From Candidatus Latescibacterota bacterium (GTDB lineage: Bacteria > Latescibacterota > UBA2968 > UBA8231): a DNA stretch of 64,000 nt. The notes under the pieces are model-generated. The model saw only the letters and a list, made by a program, of their open reading frames with translations, did no database searches and was not told the origin of the DNA. The translations under genes were made by a program, and so were the position numbers. Numbering within the stretch: the first letter of the stretch is position 1; each line of letters starts with the position of its first letter. Location of the stretch: positions 3,104,001 to 3,168,000 of the forward strand of contig CBDETY010000003.1 in NCBI GenBank assembly GCA_965243025.1, written 5' to 3'. Of the stretch, positions 47,079-58,500 are shown piece after piece.

Positions 47079-49988
47079 CTATTTCTCGGGGACCTGCGTC
47101 TCCCGAAATACCTTGCGCACCTCGGGGCAACCCCAACTCATTGCCCAGTCGCGGGCACTGCTTTCCCACCTGGGTTCCCTCAAGTCGGGATCGGCGCCAT
47201 TCTCCAGCAGAAACCGGGCCATGCCAGGGCGGCAGTGGCTGACTGTCTGGTGCAGTGCGCTGCGGCCGGAATCTCCGGGCCACAAGAAGTTGACAGGCAT
47301 GGCATCGATGTCAGCGCCCCGGCCCAGCAGAACTTCCGCTGCAGCGAACGCTCCGTTGATAACCGCGAAACTGAGCGCCTCGTCGAGGATTTCCTGATCG
47401 CTGGGCGTGCCGTCGCCCTCGGCATCCGGAGGCGCAATGCGGTACCCCGTACCGGCGCCGGCGGTGAGCCTGCCGCTTTTTGTGAAGAACTGCTGCACTC
47501 GCGTGCTGTCGTTCAGTCCCGCCGCCATCCTCAGGTCCACCCGCGCCCCCGCGGCTGCCAGGAGGCGCGCCCGCTCCGGCCGCGGGTCTCCCCCGATCAG
47601 CATCTTCCACAGCAGATAGCCGTTTTTGTGGTTGGCGTCGGCCCCGGCGTCGAACAACCGGGACAGCAGCTGCTCGTCGATGCCCTGCCAACCAGGCTGT
47701 TCCGCCTCGACGAGCAGTTGGAGCGTGGTCACCGAGTCCGCGGTAACCGCATTGACGTCGGCCCCGGCTTCGAGCAGTACCTCCGCGAGGTCGAGGGCGT
47801 TGTCGGGCAGTTTCGCCCGTTGAGGATACCCCGCGACCAGGTGGATCAGTCCCGCGCCCCGCAACGAGGCGTGTTCGTAGGTGCTGTCGTGGAATCCGGT
47901 GGCGAAAACCAGTTCCGGGGAATCCGCCAGGAGCTGTTTCAGGGTGGCCGTGTCTCCTCCATCGAAGGCGGCGACGGCCTCGTAATACGATGGGTGATCG
48001 GCGTCGCTGCGCTCGTACCCTTGCGATGGCAGGGCTTCGCCCTCCCGGGGAACGGCCAGCGCGAGGAACTCCGACGGCTCTCCCCACCATCCACCGCCGA
48101 CGGGAACGACGATGTACTGGCGGCCCCCCGTTTCGTATGTCATCGGATTGCCGCGCGCATTCGCCGGCAGGTCCGCCCGGGCGAGCAAGCGGCCGTCATC
48201 CTTGTCGTATGCGTAGAGGTATTTCTCCGGATCGATGTAGTAGTTCGCATCGAACCACCTGATACGATCCGGTGATTCAGAAGCGGTCACCAGCAGCGTC
48301 GGAGTCGCCAGCACGAAAGTCCGCGTATCCCAGCCCAGGTGCGGCAGGTCCATGTGTCGAAGCAGGGGGTGATCGACCGGTCCCGGACCCGTGGGCGCGA
48401 TCCACTGATGTTCTCCCGAATTCATGTCGATGGCGGTGATGCGCCCGTACGGCGGCTTGACCAACGGCAGCTCTTCGGGTCCCTCCGGGAAGTACTTGAC
48501 CGGCGCATACCTCGAGAAAGAGGTCGAATCCGCTTTTTTCAGGCCGAAGCCCCTCGGGGCGGTTCGCGACGGCACATAGATCCAGCCCCCCGGGTCGGCG
48601 GCCCCTCCCGTCCAGTCGACGCCGCCCGTATCGCCGGGCAACATCCACAACCCGCGTTCCGTCACCGGCGTGTACAGCTCGCCGATGTCGTACCCGGCGA
48701 CGATGTCGAGCGCCTGCCGCCGCAGTTCGGGGGTGAAGTCGATCAGATCATCCCCGGTCAATCCCTGGCGGTCGTAGGGCAAAGGCCAGGTCGGGAACGG
48801 TTGCGTCGGCGCCGTCCTTTCTCCGGGAACGGTAGACTGCGATACCGGGCGGTCTTCGATCGGCCAGACCGGCTCGCCCGTGATGCGGTCGAAGGCGAAC
48901 GCCCATGCCTGCTTGGTGAGCTGGACAACGGCTCTGATCCGTTCGCCGCGCACTGTCATGTCCATCAGGATCGGAGCTGCTGACGGATCGTAGTTCCAGA
49001 GGTCGTGGCGGACGATCTGATAGTGCCAGATGCGTCGTCCGCTCACGCAGTCGAGGCAGGCGATTGTATTGGAAAAGAGGTTGTCGCCAAGCCGCTCACC
49101 GCCGTAAAAATCGTTGCTCGGAGCGCTGATCGGCAGGTATACGTATCCAAGCTCGAGGTCGGCGCTCATCGGCGCCCACACGTTGGCGCCTCCGTGCCGC
49201 TTCCAGCTCTCGTTTTCCCAGGTGTCGTTGCCGAACTCCCCTTCCCGGGGCACGGTGTGAAACCTCCACAGCAGTTCCCCCGTTCTCACGTCGAACCCGC
49301 GTACATCCCCCGGCGGCATGAATTCCGGGATGTCTCCCGACCCCCACTCGGAGGCCATCGAGCCGACAATCACGACGTCTCTGCAGACGATCGGCGGCGA
49401 TGAGACACCGTAGCGATAGCGGTCGACCACCGGCCGGTGCAGCTGTTGCCCGAGGTCGACTCGGCCGCTGTCGCCGAAGGCGGGGTCGGGGGTTCCCGTG
49501 GCGGCATCGAGCGAATAGAGGTAGTCCGATGTCGTGCCCATCAGCACGCGCTTCTGGTTTCCATCGCTCCAGTAAGCCACTCCCCGGCTCACTCCCCAGC
49601 TCGACTCCACCTTCCAGGCTTCGGGATCGAACCGCCACAGCTCTCTGCCCGTTGCCGCGTCGAGGGCTGCCATGATGTTGTACGGCGTGCTCACGTAGAG
49701 AACGCCGTCGATCATCAGGGGGGTGCACTCGTTGTAGGCATTCGGATAGTCCGGGTTTTCGGTCTTGCGGATGCGGGCGTCCGGCGCCCGCCAGCGCCAG
49801 ATCATGCGCAGGCTGGAGAAATTCGTGCTGTCTATCCGGACAAGCGATGCGTAGCGCGTGCTGGCGGCGTCGGCGCCGTAGAAGCGCCACTCGAAGCTCG
49901 GAGGTTCCGGTCGTGGAGAGCCGAACGGAAGGCAGGAGGTGAGAGTTGCTGTCATCACCCACCAGCAGCCGAGGCAGAGTCTGCTCAT
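47079..49988 (-). CDS. Lipoprotein: PQQ-dependent glucose dehydrogenase-like domain fused to C-terminal ankyrin repeats
   Basis: Lipobox LTSC. TPLMIDGVLY, RGVAYW, GGANVW, HDLWNYD, KPPYGRITAID and PMTYE motifs. Ankyrin-like LLEAGADVNA, LLGRGADID, SALH...LLENGADPD. Confidence 0.85.
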   Translation of the reverse strand: MSRLCLGCWWVMTATLTSCLPFGSPRPEPPSFEWRFYGADAASTRYASLVRIDSTNFSSLRMIWRWRAPDARIRKTENPDYPNAYNECTPLMIDGVLYVSTPYNIMAALDAATGRELWRFDPEAWKVESSWGVSRGVAYWSDGNQKRVLMGTTSDYLYSLDAATGTPDPAFGDSGRVDLGQQLHRPVVDRYRYGVSSPPIVCRDVVIVGSMASEWGSGDIPEFMPPGDVRGFDVRTGELLWRFHTVPREGEFGNDTWENESWKRHGGANVWAPMSADLELGYVYLPISAPSNDFYGGERLGDNLFSNTIACLDCVSGRRIWHYQIVRHDLWNYDPSAAPILMDMTVRGERIRAVVQLTKQAWAFAFDRITGEPVWPIEDRPVSQSTVPGERTAPTQPFPTWPLPYDRQGLTGDDLIDFTPELRRQALDIVAGYDIGELYTPVTERGLWMLPGDTGGVDWTGGAADPGGWIYVPSRTAPRGFGLKKADSTSFSRYAPVKYFPEGPEELPLVKPPYGRITAIDMNSGEHQWIAPTGPGPVDHPLLRHMDLPHLGWDTRTFVLATPTLLVTASESPDRIRWFDANYYIDPEKYLYAYDKDDGRLLARADLPANARGNPMTYETGGRQYIVVPVGGGWWGEPSEFLALAVPREGEALPSQGYERSDADHPSYYEAVAAFDGGDTATLKQLLADSPELVFATGFHDSTYEHASLRGAGLIHLVAGYPQRAKLPDNALDLAEVLLEAGADVNAVTADSVTTLQLLVEAEQPGWQGIDEQLLSRLFDAGADANHKNGYLLWKMLIGGDPRPERARLLAAAGARVDLRMAAGLNDSTRVQQFFTKSGRLTAGAGTGYRIAPPDAEGDGTPSDQEILDEALSFAVINGAFAAAEVLLGRGADIDAMPVNFLWPGDSGRSALHQTVSHCRPGMARFLLENGADPDLREPRWESSARDWAMSWGCPEVRKVFRETQVPEK

Positions 49989-50115
49989 GAAGAGCTCCTG
50001 ACAAACCCAATTGATCTGCCTGGCATTCTCAAATCACCCGTTCTGATGTCATTGCTGTTTCCGCCACGTGATCCACCAGATCCCCGAACTCGCAGGTCCC
50101 CCGGTACTGCACGAG

Positions 50116-50448
50116 CTAGAACCGCTGCTCCCGTTTCAGCGTCTCGGCCCGCGGCTCGTTGAGCTCATTCTCTTCCGAGAGCGGGTCCTGTGAAATCGAC
50201 CGGCTCCTCCAGGGAAGGTAGCGCCAGATCATGGTGCGCTCGTACAGACACTCTTCGAAGCTCCCCCGGCCGCTGCGCGCCGACTGGAACGAGTGCCAGA
50301 GGCAGAGGCCGGTCATCTCCCGCTTGAGCGCGCGCAGCCGTCTCGTTATATCATCGCGCGGATGGAAGTACCAGTGGTGGATGTTCATGCCGGGAAGGTA
50401 GCTGCGACGCCGCGGACCCGACAGGATCGAGGGCGTGAGGAGGTCCAT
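50116..50448 (-). CDS. Small hypothetical protein or gene fragment
   Basis: Non-overlapping ORF with GC-rich third positions in its middle part. No recognisable domain. Confidence 0.3.
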   Translation of the reverse strand: MDLLTPSILSGPRRRSYLPGMNIHHWYFHPRDDITRRLRALKREMTGLCLWHSFQSARSGRGSFEECLYERTMIWRYLPWRSRSISQDPLSEENELNEPRAETLKREQRF

Positions 50449-50499
50449 CTTCCATCACACACAGCCCGAGACGACCACGCGCCGAGGAGGTGAAGAGAG

Positions 50500-51990
50500 A
50501 TGTTGGTATTGAACGGAGGTCCGGGAGTCGATGTAAGCGAAGCGGTGCTGTTCCCCTACGACGACCGCACGATACCGTTCCGGTACCGCCTGCAGCACGG
50601 GCTCGTCGAGGGCGTCAACCCCTACAAGGGCCACCGCGTCGCCATGGAGCGGGGCGGGCCGGGAACGCCGGACAGCCGGATGGTCAAGTACTACGGCGCC
50701 GTCTGCGAGGTCGGGGACGAGCTGCGGCTCTGGTACCTCGGCCACGGGGATATCGACGGCGAGCCGACGCCGGCGCAGGTCTGCTACGCGGTCAGCACCG
50801 ACGGCGTCAACTGGGAGAAGCCGGAGCTGGGACTCGTCGAGTTCAACGGCTCGAAGCGGAACAACATCCTCCCCTTCGAAGCCGCGGGAACGCCGGGCTC
50901 CTGCTCGGTGCTCTTCGACCTGGAGGACCCCGATCCGGCGCGCCTCTTCAAGATGGTGACCGAGGACAACCCCTACTACATCACCGCCTCGTACAGCCAT
51001 GACGGCATCAACTGGAAGGAGGGGCCGAACAACCCGATCCTCAAGCACAACGCCGTCGAGCCGACCGGGCTGATCAAGTTCAACGGCTGCTACCTCCTCA
51101 ACGGGCAGGGGGGCAACGTCGGCACCAAGAGAGCGCTGGTCACCTTCGTCTCCTGGGACTTCGAGAACTGGAGCGACGCCGTGGTGCTGGGGCTGCGCCG
51201 CGACCGGCACCCGTACCGGCAGATCCCCGGCTGCCACGCCGGCGAGCAGGTGCACCTCGGAGCCGGCCTCTGGGACCGGGGCAACGTCGTCATCGGGGTC
51301 TACGGCATGTGGCACGGCGAGACCAACGACCGCCGTTTCACCAGCATGGACCTCGGGTTCCTCGTCAGCAACGACGCCCTCCACTTCACCGAGCCGATAC
51401 CGGACTTCAAGTTCATCGCCGCCTACGAGATCGAAAGGAAGGAGAGCGGCTGCTTCCCCACCCTCGAGCAGGGGCAGGGGTTCGCCAACGTCGGCGACGA
51501 GTCCCTGTTCTGGTACGCGAACTGGCGGGGCGGCGACCTGCACGTGGCGCGCTTCCCGCGCGACCGCCTCGGCTATTTCGAGGTCGTGCCCGACCCGAGG
51601 CCGAACCTGCTGCCGAGCGAGGACACCCACCAGCTCTACTGGCGGGAGCACATCGGCGACATGGTGCCGGAGTACGCCGAGCCCCACTGCATCTCCTGCC
51701 CCATCGATCTGAAGGGGGCTTCCCCGTCGGTGTACGTCAACGCCCAGGGAGTTTCCCCGCAGAACGGGCTCACCGTCGAGCTGCTGGACGAGCGCATGCG
51801 GCCGCTTCCCGGGTTCGGCAGGGCCGACTGCCTTCCCGTGGTCGAGGAAGGGCTGCGGACGCCGGTCGCCTGGAAGGAAAAGAGGACCCTGGAGGGGATC
51901 GACTCACCCGTGCGGGTGCGGATCAACTGGGATGGGGAGCGTCCCGGGGACGTGTTCCTGTACGCGGCCTACGTGGCGAATGACGGTTGA
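50500..51990 (+). CDS. GH32/GH-J-like beta-propeller hydrolase (paralog 4)
   Basis: LFPYDD, YAVSTDGVNWEKPELG, RDRLGYF and LYAAY motifs. RBS AGGAGG. Confidence 0.68.
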   Translation: MLVLNGGPGVDVSEAVLFPYDDRTIPFRYRLQHGLVEGVNPYKGHRVAMERGGPGTPDSRMVKYYGAVCEVGDELRLWYLGHGDIDGEPTPAQVCYAVSTDGVNWEKPELGLVEFNGSKRNNILPFEAAGTPGSCSVLFDLEDPDPARLFKMVTEDNPYYITASYSHDGINWKEGPNNPILKHNAVEPTGLIKFNGCYLLNGQGGNVGTKRALVTFVSWDFENWSDAVVLGLRRDRHPYRQIPGCHAGEQVHLGAGLWDRGNVVIGVYGMWHGETNDRRFTSMDLGFLVSNDALHFTEPIPDFKFIAAYEIERKESGCFPTLEQGQGFANVGDESLFWYANWRGGDLHVARFPRDRLGYFEVVPDPRPNLLPSEDTHQLYWREHIGDMVPEYAEPHCISCPIDLKGASPSVYVNAQGVSPQNGLTVELLDERMRPLPGFGRADCLPVVEEGLRTPVAWKEKRTLEGIDSPVRVRINWDGERPGDVFLYAAYVANDG

Positions 51991-52873
51991 GGTAGAAAGG
52001 CGGAGGATCGGCAGGACCGGGCTGACCGCCCGGGCCGTCGGGGTCGGCTGGGCGGCGATCACCGGCCTGCCGGACAGGGAGTCGACGGCGACGATCCGGC
52101 GCGCCATCGAGGTCGGGTTCGACTTCCACGACACCTCGTCGATGTACGCCGACAGCGAGCGCCGGGTCGGCCTCGCCCTGGAGGGGGGCTGGCGCGAAAA
52201 GGTGATCCTGCAGACCAAGGCCGGGTACCACCGGGACATCCGCGGGTACGACTACTCCGGCCCCGCCATCCGCTCCTCGGTTGAGAACAGCCTGAGGATG
52301 CTGAAGACCGACTACCTCGACTCGGTGCTCGTCCACGACCCGCAGGATATCGAGGAAGCGCTCGGTCCGGGCCGCGCCTTCGACGTGCTCAACCAGATGA
52401 AAGAGGAGGGGGTAATCGGCCACGTCGGCCTCGGCGTGCGCGGAATCCCCCAGCACCTGCGCGCCATGGAGGCGGGGGTCACCGGGATCCACCTCACCCA
52501 CATGGACTACACCCTCCTCGACCAGGAAGCCGGGCCGCTGCTGTTTCCCGCGCTGAAGAAGCAGGGGGTCGGCGTCCTCATCGCCAGCCCGCTCAAAGGA
52601 GTGCTCGCCGGGCCGGAACCGGACCTCGCCGAGGCGCCGGAGGCGCACGCCATGTGGTCCTGGTGCCGCGACCGGGGCGCCAACCTCCGCGACCTCGCCC
52701 TGCAGTTCTGCCTGCGGGCGCCGCTCGAAGCCATCGTCCTGACCGGTCCGGCGAGCGTCAGGCAGGTCGAGGAGAACTGGGCCTCCGCCCATGCCGAGGT
52801 GCCGCCCGACCTCTGGGCGGAGTTCAAGGCCGAGTTCGGAGTCGTCGAGTACGACGGGTCATGTCCGTCTTAG
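51980..52873 (+). CDS. Aldo/keto reductase
   Basis: RRRIGRTGL, DTSSMY..SE..VG, QTKAG and SLRMLKTDYLD.V.VHDP motifs. Confidence 0.9.
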   Translation: MTVEVERRRIGRTGLTARAVGVGWAAITGLPDRESTATIRRAIEVGFDFHDTSSMYADSERRVGLALEGGWREKVILQTKAGYHRDIRGYDYSGPAIRSSVENSLRMLKTDYLDSVLVHDPQDIEEALGPGRAFDVLNQMKEEGVIGHVGLGVRGIPQHLRAMEAGVTGIHLTHMDYTLLDQEAGPLLFPALKKQGVGVLIASPLKGVLAGPEPDLAEAPEAHAMWSWCRDRGANLRDLALQFCLRAPLEAIVLTGPASVRQVEENWASAHAEVPPDLWAEFKAEFGVVEYDGSCPS

Positions 52874-53006
52874 CCTGTGTGAACTTCGCCTCTTTGCGGA
52901 CCCTGCGGGGCGACATGGGAGTGCGGACGATGGCGGGGCCTTCCCCCTTCGCATGGGCGAGGGCTTCGGTGAGGGATTGGATCAGATCGTCGCCGAATGT
53001 GTTCAT
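52872..53006 (-). pseudogene. Truncated XRE/HigA-type HTH antitoxin
   Basis: MNTFGDDLIQSLTEALAHAKG...VRKEAKFTQA is the typical N-terminus. Similarity stops at the start of the HTH, where it meets the AKR 3' end. Confidence 0.65.
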
Positions 53007-53032
53007 TTGATCCTCGTCGCGAGCCAGGACTC

Positions 53033-53317
53033 TCACGCCTCTTTGCCGTCCATAATGGCGTCAATGTCCTCCCAGGTAACGCTGGAAAGCCTCGCGCCGG
53101 TGGCGGCATACTCCCGGCAGGCCCTGATGTCCTCCGGGATGAGGTGGGAGTACATACGGATGATGTCGGCTTCACTCCGTCCTCCGTCCAGCAGCTCCAT
53201 AACCAGTTCCACCGAGATCCGGGTACCCCTTACCGTTGGTTTGCCTGCCAGGATCAGGGGATCGGTAACGATCCGCTCCTGCCAGATTGGTGGCTGATTC
53301 TTGTCTTTATCGGTCAT
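53033..53317 (-). CDS. DUF433 domain protein (antitoxin-like)
   Basis: RIVTDPLILAGKPTVRGTRISV...Y..L..EDIRAC. RBS AAGGAG. Confidence 0.88.
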   Translation of the reverse strand: MTDKDKNQPPIWQERIVTDPLILAGKPTVRGTRISVELVMELLDGGRSEADIIRMYSHLIPEDIRACREYAATGARLSSVTWEDIDAIMDGKEA

Positions 53318-53706
53318 GGCCCATCTCCTTTTTTTCTGGCGCTCCCTGTCAGACCCGGGGGGTTGCCCGGTCAATCTTGGACCACAATGAGGCATACCCC
53401 GGCAACCGGATGGGAAGCGGGCTTAAATAATATACCTCAGCGGGACGCCACCATCGCCGGCATGCGGTCTCACCAACCCGCTCATAGAACCCGACCAGTG
53501 TTTTCCCCCTTAACCGATTTCCGCGAGGAATCCTGATCCGGTCCGTGCGGTCATGGACCCGGAGTCGCATCTCCAGCCCGTACCGGTACTCTGAACTGGC
53601 AAACGACCCGGAAACGAACCTCCAGGAATTCCCCTGTTTCACCCCGGTTTCTGTTCAGTTGGAGTACACCTGATATTTGCGATTTCAACCTGCGAAGGAG
53701 AATACC

Positions 53707-55446
53707 GTGAAAAACGACCGATTCGTGGTATCCGCCCTGGTCGACTTCCCCGACGACTGCGGCAACATCGTCTTTACTCGGGCGCTGGTGGAAAACCTGA
53801 TCGAGCGTCTGCAGTCGGTGGGCGTCACCAGGGTCTACTGGAACTTCTACCAGGCGGGGATGTGGGAGTTCTTCGGGGTCGGAAGCGAGGCCACCCGGGA
53901 GACGCTGGGGAACCTCGGCGAGCCCCTTGCGGTGGGTGCCCGCGCCGCCCACGAGCGGGGCCTGGAGTTCTGGGCCACCATCAAGCCATACGAGACCGGG
54001 GCCAGCCACTCCAACCCCCGGAACAGTCCCAGGATGCTCGAGTACCCCGGCCTGCCCGGCATCGGCGGCGAATACACCGTCGACCCCTGGGTCCTGAACC
54101 ACCCGGAGATGCGCCTGAAGATTCGCTCCGCGGACCTGCCGCGGGGACTGGAGAAGGTCCCGATCAGCCGCATCCAGCTTCGCCAGAAGGACATGGCCCC
54201 GGTCCGCATCAAGCCGGAGAACATTGAGATCTGGACCAGCGACGACAACGTGGGCTACCGCCGCAAGGAGGTGTCGTTCGACGTCAGCGAATCGGTGGAG
54301 ACCTGCCCCAGGGAGGTCGTCGAGATCCAGGGCGGTCCGGTGACCGGGAAGGGGGAGTCCGTGCGCGCCCTGGACCTGACCGGCCTCGACCTTCTAGACC
54401 CCTTCATCGCCGTCACGACGAACCTCGACGACGACAGCGGCACCTTCGCCAACACCGCGCTGGAGATGGTCCGGGCTTTCGGTCCGGACGAGGGTGAGTT
54501 CCCCGTCGTCGTGGCCAGTCACAAAGCCATCTGGCGGCCCGAACGCGACCTGCGCACCGACGACCTGGAGTACGACTGCGGCATCGGAGACGTGGTGGCC
54601 TGCCTGGACGTGGCCAACTCGCGCAACGTCACCCCCGGCTGGTTCGGCACCGGCTCGACCAGGGACGGGGTCATCGCCGTCGGCAGGGGGCGCAACGAGT
54701 ACGTGTCAGGCGCGCTCTGCGAGGCCTACCCGGAGGTGAGGGGCTACTGGCTGGACTGGGTGGGAGCGTGCATCGCCGCCGGCGTCGACGGGGTCGACGT
54801 GCGGATATCCAACCACAGCTCCTGGGTCAACACCCAGGAGATCTACGGTTTCAACAAGCCGGTTGCGGAGGAGTACGAACGGCGGTACGGCAGCGACCCC
54901 GACACAGGCTACTTCGACCCGGAGCTCCTCGGCGCAGTGCGGGGGGAGTTCTTCGACCGCTTCCTGCGGGCGGCCAAGGCCCGGCTTGCGGCAGCCGGGA
55001 AGAAGCTGTCCGTGCACACCGAGATGGAGGGGTTCCGCCCGGATTCCTGCCAGGCCCGATGGAGGTCGATGCCCAACATCGTCTTCAACTGGCGGAACTG
55101 GCTGCGGTCGGGCCTGGCCGACGAGGCCACCCTCTTCGGGAGAGCGTGGAACGTCGACCGCCTCCTCGAAGATCCCCTGACCCAGGAGATGCTGGGCGAG
55201 GCGGCCGCGGCCGGAGTGCCCGTGCACATGAACAATCCGGTCGGCCACCACGCGGAGGAGATGTCCGACCCCGAAAAGCTGGAGTATTCCTACAACAAGG
55301 GCGGGCTGGGGGGTTACTGCTTCTACGAGACCGCGGCGATGTACGACGGCGCGGAGCCGGTCAGCGCCGACGGCACCCTCAACTTCCGCCCCGGCCTGCT
55401 GGAGTCGATCCGGGAAACGGTCGACAACCTGGGGCTGGGGGGATAA
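53707..55446 (+). CDS. Hypothetical GH-like TIM-barrel protein
   Basis: GVTRVYW, AHERGLE, YPEVR.YW...AGVDGVD and YGFN.P motifs. GTG after AAGGAG. Confidence 0.6.
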   Translation: MKNDRFVVSALVDFPDDCGNIVFTRALVENLIERLQSVGVTRVYWNFYQAGMWEFFGVGSEATRETLGNLGEPLAVGARAAHERGLEFWATIKPYETGASHSNPRNSPRMLEYPGLPGIGGEYTVDPWVLNHPEMRLKIRSADLPRGLEKVPISRIQLRQKDMAPVRIKPENIEIWTSDDNVGYRRKEVSFDVSESVETCPREVVEIQGGPVTGKGESVRALDLTGLDLLDPFIAVTTNLDDDSGTFANTALEMVRAFGPDEGEFPVVVASHKAIWRPERDLRTDDLEYDCGIGDVVACLDVANSRNVTPGWFGTGSTRDGVIAVGRGRNEYVSGALCEAYPEVRGYWLDWVGACIAAGVDGVDVRISNHSSWVNTQEIYGFNKPVAEEYERRYGSDPDTGYFDPELLGAVRGEFFDRFLRAAKARLAAAGKKLSVHTEMEGFRPDSCQARWRSMPNIVFNWRNWLRSGLADEATLFGRAWNVDRLLEDPLTQEMLGEAAAAGVPVHMNNPVGHHAEEMSDPEKLEYSYNKGGLGGYCFYETAAMYDGAEPVSADGTLNFRPGLLESIRETVDNLGLGG

Positions 55447-55587
55447 CCGGGCCTGTTTGGACGGATCCCGGGCCTCGCCGTCCGCAGGGTCGCGGGCAGA
55501 TAGCCCCGGAGCGGAATCCCTTGCATCATCAGGAGCCCGTACGTCACGGCCTATCCGACCGGGCCGGGGGCCTGTCGGACCCTCGTA

Positions 55588-58500
55588 TCAGTCCACCACC
55601 ACCGCGGGCAGGCCGGACTCCCGGACCTGTTCGTCGAACGCGGCCAGCTCCCGTTCGGCGAAGCGGTCGAGACGCTCCTCGATGTCGTCGAGCTGCGCCG
55701 ACAGGTCGTCGAACAGCTCGCGCGCCTGCTTCGGGGGCGCCGCGTCGGCGATGCCGACGACATTGGCCACGGTGGCGAGCCTGGTGATCAGCTGCCGCGG
55801 CAGTCGCAGGATGTCGCCCGGCGATTCGTCCCCGATCTGGACCAGCAGCGCCTCGAGTTCGGTGATCCCGTCGCACAGCTCCCCGGCGCGCGCGGCGATC
55901 TCTCCGGCCCCGTGCGCCTCCGCCCTTGTCTTCCATTCCTGCAGCTGCCGCTGGATGCGGCGGATGCGGTCGACGATACCGTTGGCCTGCTCGATGCGGT
56001 CGCGGACCTGCGACCCGAGCTCGAACTGCGCCTCGAAGTCCGCCTGGGCCGTCGACACGCGCGGGTCCCTGACGACCTCGAACGACTGTTCGAAGCTCGC
56101 CTCCCCCACCTTGAGCCGCACCCCGTATCTGCCGGGGGGAACCATCGGCCCCTGTCCCTTCCCCGGGGGCTTCATCAGGGACTCCGGGTGGTCGCGTACA
56201 GGGGTCTCCTCGGTGATCTTGTCCGCCCCCGGGCAGCGCAGGTCCCAGACGAACCGGTTCAGGCCCGCCTCGGCGGGGACGTGGAGCTCATCCCCGGCAT
56301 CGTCGGAGTCCGGCGGGCGGCTCCTGAAGCTGCGCACCACCTGCCCTTCCGAGTCGCTGATGGTCAGCTCGATCGGTTCCCCGGGCTCGGCCGCCAGCGA
56401 GTAGTAGATGATCGCCCCTTTCGGTGGGTTCTCCCCGGCGTCGAGCCATTTCCGCCCGACCTCGCCGTTGGCGTCGGTCATGACGTAGTACCCGGCGTTG
56501 GCTCCCAGCCCCATCATGTAGTTCTTGACGCTCTCGTTGTCGCTGCGGAACATCGCCGCCGACCAGTGCAGGGTGTGGCGGACGGTGGTGCGCGGCGCGT
56601 ACAGGGCGTCGGCGTCGGCCGCGCCCCCGGCGGCCAGGTCGCGCAGCGGCGTCAGGTCGTCGAGGATCCAGAAGGAGCGGCCGTGGGTGCCGGCGACCAG
56701 GTCGCCGCGGGCGACGGCGATGTCGTAGACGGGCACCACCGGCAGGTTGTTGCGCAGGGAGTGCCAGGTGACGCCGTCGTCGGGCGACCAGACGATCCCG
56801 GTCTCGGTGCCGGCGTAGAGGAGCCCGGGCTGCTCCGGGTCCTCCCTGACGACGCGGCTGATCTCCCCTTCCGGGAAACCTCCGGCGAGGGAGCGCCAGG
56901 TCTCGCCGTAGTCGTCGGTCTTGTACAGATATGCGCCGTAGTCGTCGAGCTTGAAGCGGGTCGCCGCCACGTACGCGGTGCCGGCCTCGTGGTGCGAGGC
57001 CTCGATGTTGGCCACCATCGTCCTCGGCTCGAGGTCGGGCGGGGTCACCGCCTTCCACTCGCCGCCGTTGTCGCGGCTGACGTGGACGAGCCCGTCGTCG
57101 CTGCCCGCCCACAGCACCCCGGCCTCCAGGGGCGACTCGGCGAAGGCGTAGATGGTGCCGTAGTGCTCGGCGCCGCTGGCGTCCTTGGTCAGCGGCCCTC
57201 CCGAGGCCAGCAGGGTCTCCGGCTCGCCGCGCGTCAGGTCCGGGCTGACCGCCTCCCAGCTCGAGCCCTCGTCCCGGGTGCGGAAGAGCATGTTCCCCGC
57301 GACGTAGATCACGTCCTCCTCGTGCTTCGAATAGGCGATGGGGAAGGTCCAGTTGAAGCGGTACTTGAGGTCGGAGGTGTCGCGGCCGGTCGCGTCTTCC
57401 GGCCACACGTTGACGAGGCGGATCTGGCGCGTGTAGTGGTCGTACCGCTGCAGCGCCCCGTTGCCCCCGGGGGAGCTGCCGATGGCGCCGATAAAGACGA
57501 TGCCGGGGTCCTTCGGATCGACGGCGATGTCGCCGCTCTCCCCGGTGCCGACCGGGTAGCAGTGCTGCCAGGTGATGCCGCCGAACTCGGTGGCGCTCGG
57601 CACGCTGATGCTCGAGTTGTCCTGCTGCGTGGCGCAGACCCGGTAGGGGAACTGGCTGTCGACGCTGATGCGGTAGAACTGCGAGGTCGGCTGGTTGTAG
57701 ATCGTCGACCAGGACTCGCCGCCGTTGAGGGAGATGCAGGCGCCGCCGTCGTTCCCCTGGGCCATCCGCCGCGGGTTTCGGGGGTCGATCCACAGGTCGT
57801 GGTTGTCGCCGTGCGGGGTCGAGACCTCGGTGAAGGTCGCCCCGCCGTCGGTCGACTTCCACATCCTGAGGTTGAGGATGTAGAGGGTGTCGGCGTCCTG
57901 CGGGTCGGCGAATATGTGGCAGTAGTAGAACGGGCGGTGGACGAGGTCGCGGCTGCCCGACACCCGCTGCCAGTTCTCGCCGCCGTCGTCGGACCGGTAC
58001 AGCCCGGCCTCTTCCGCCTCGACGACGGCCCACACCCTCTGCGGCCGGGCCGGGGAAACGGCGACGCCGATCTTCCCCTTGATCCCCTCGGGAAATCCCG
58101 GCTTGTCCGACAGGTCCTCCCAGGTGTCGCCGCCGTCGCAGGTCTTGTGCAGGCCGCTTCCGGGGCCGCCGCTCGACATGTTCCAGAAGTTGCGGTACGC
58201 CTCCCAGACCGCCGCGTAGATGATGCGCGGGTTGTTCGGGTCCATCGACAGGTCGACGGCCCCGGCCTTGTCGCTGGCGAACAGGACCCGCTCCCAGTCC
58301 CCGCCGCCGTTGCGCGAGCGGTACACCCCGCGCTGGTCGTTGGGGCCGAACAGGTGGCCGAAGGCGGCGACGTACACGAGGTCGGGGTCGTCCGGGTGGA
58401 CGCGGATCTTGCCGACGTGGTGGGTGTCCTCCAGCCCGGTATGGGCCCAGGTGCGGCCGGCGTCCGAGCTGCGGTACACGCCGTCCCCCCAGGAGATGTC

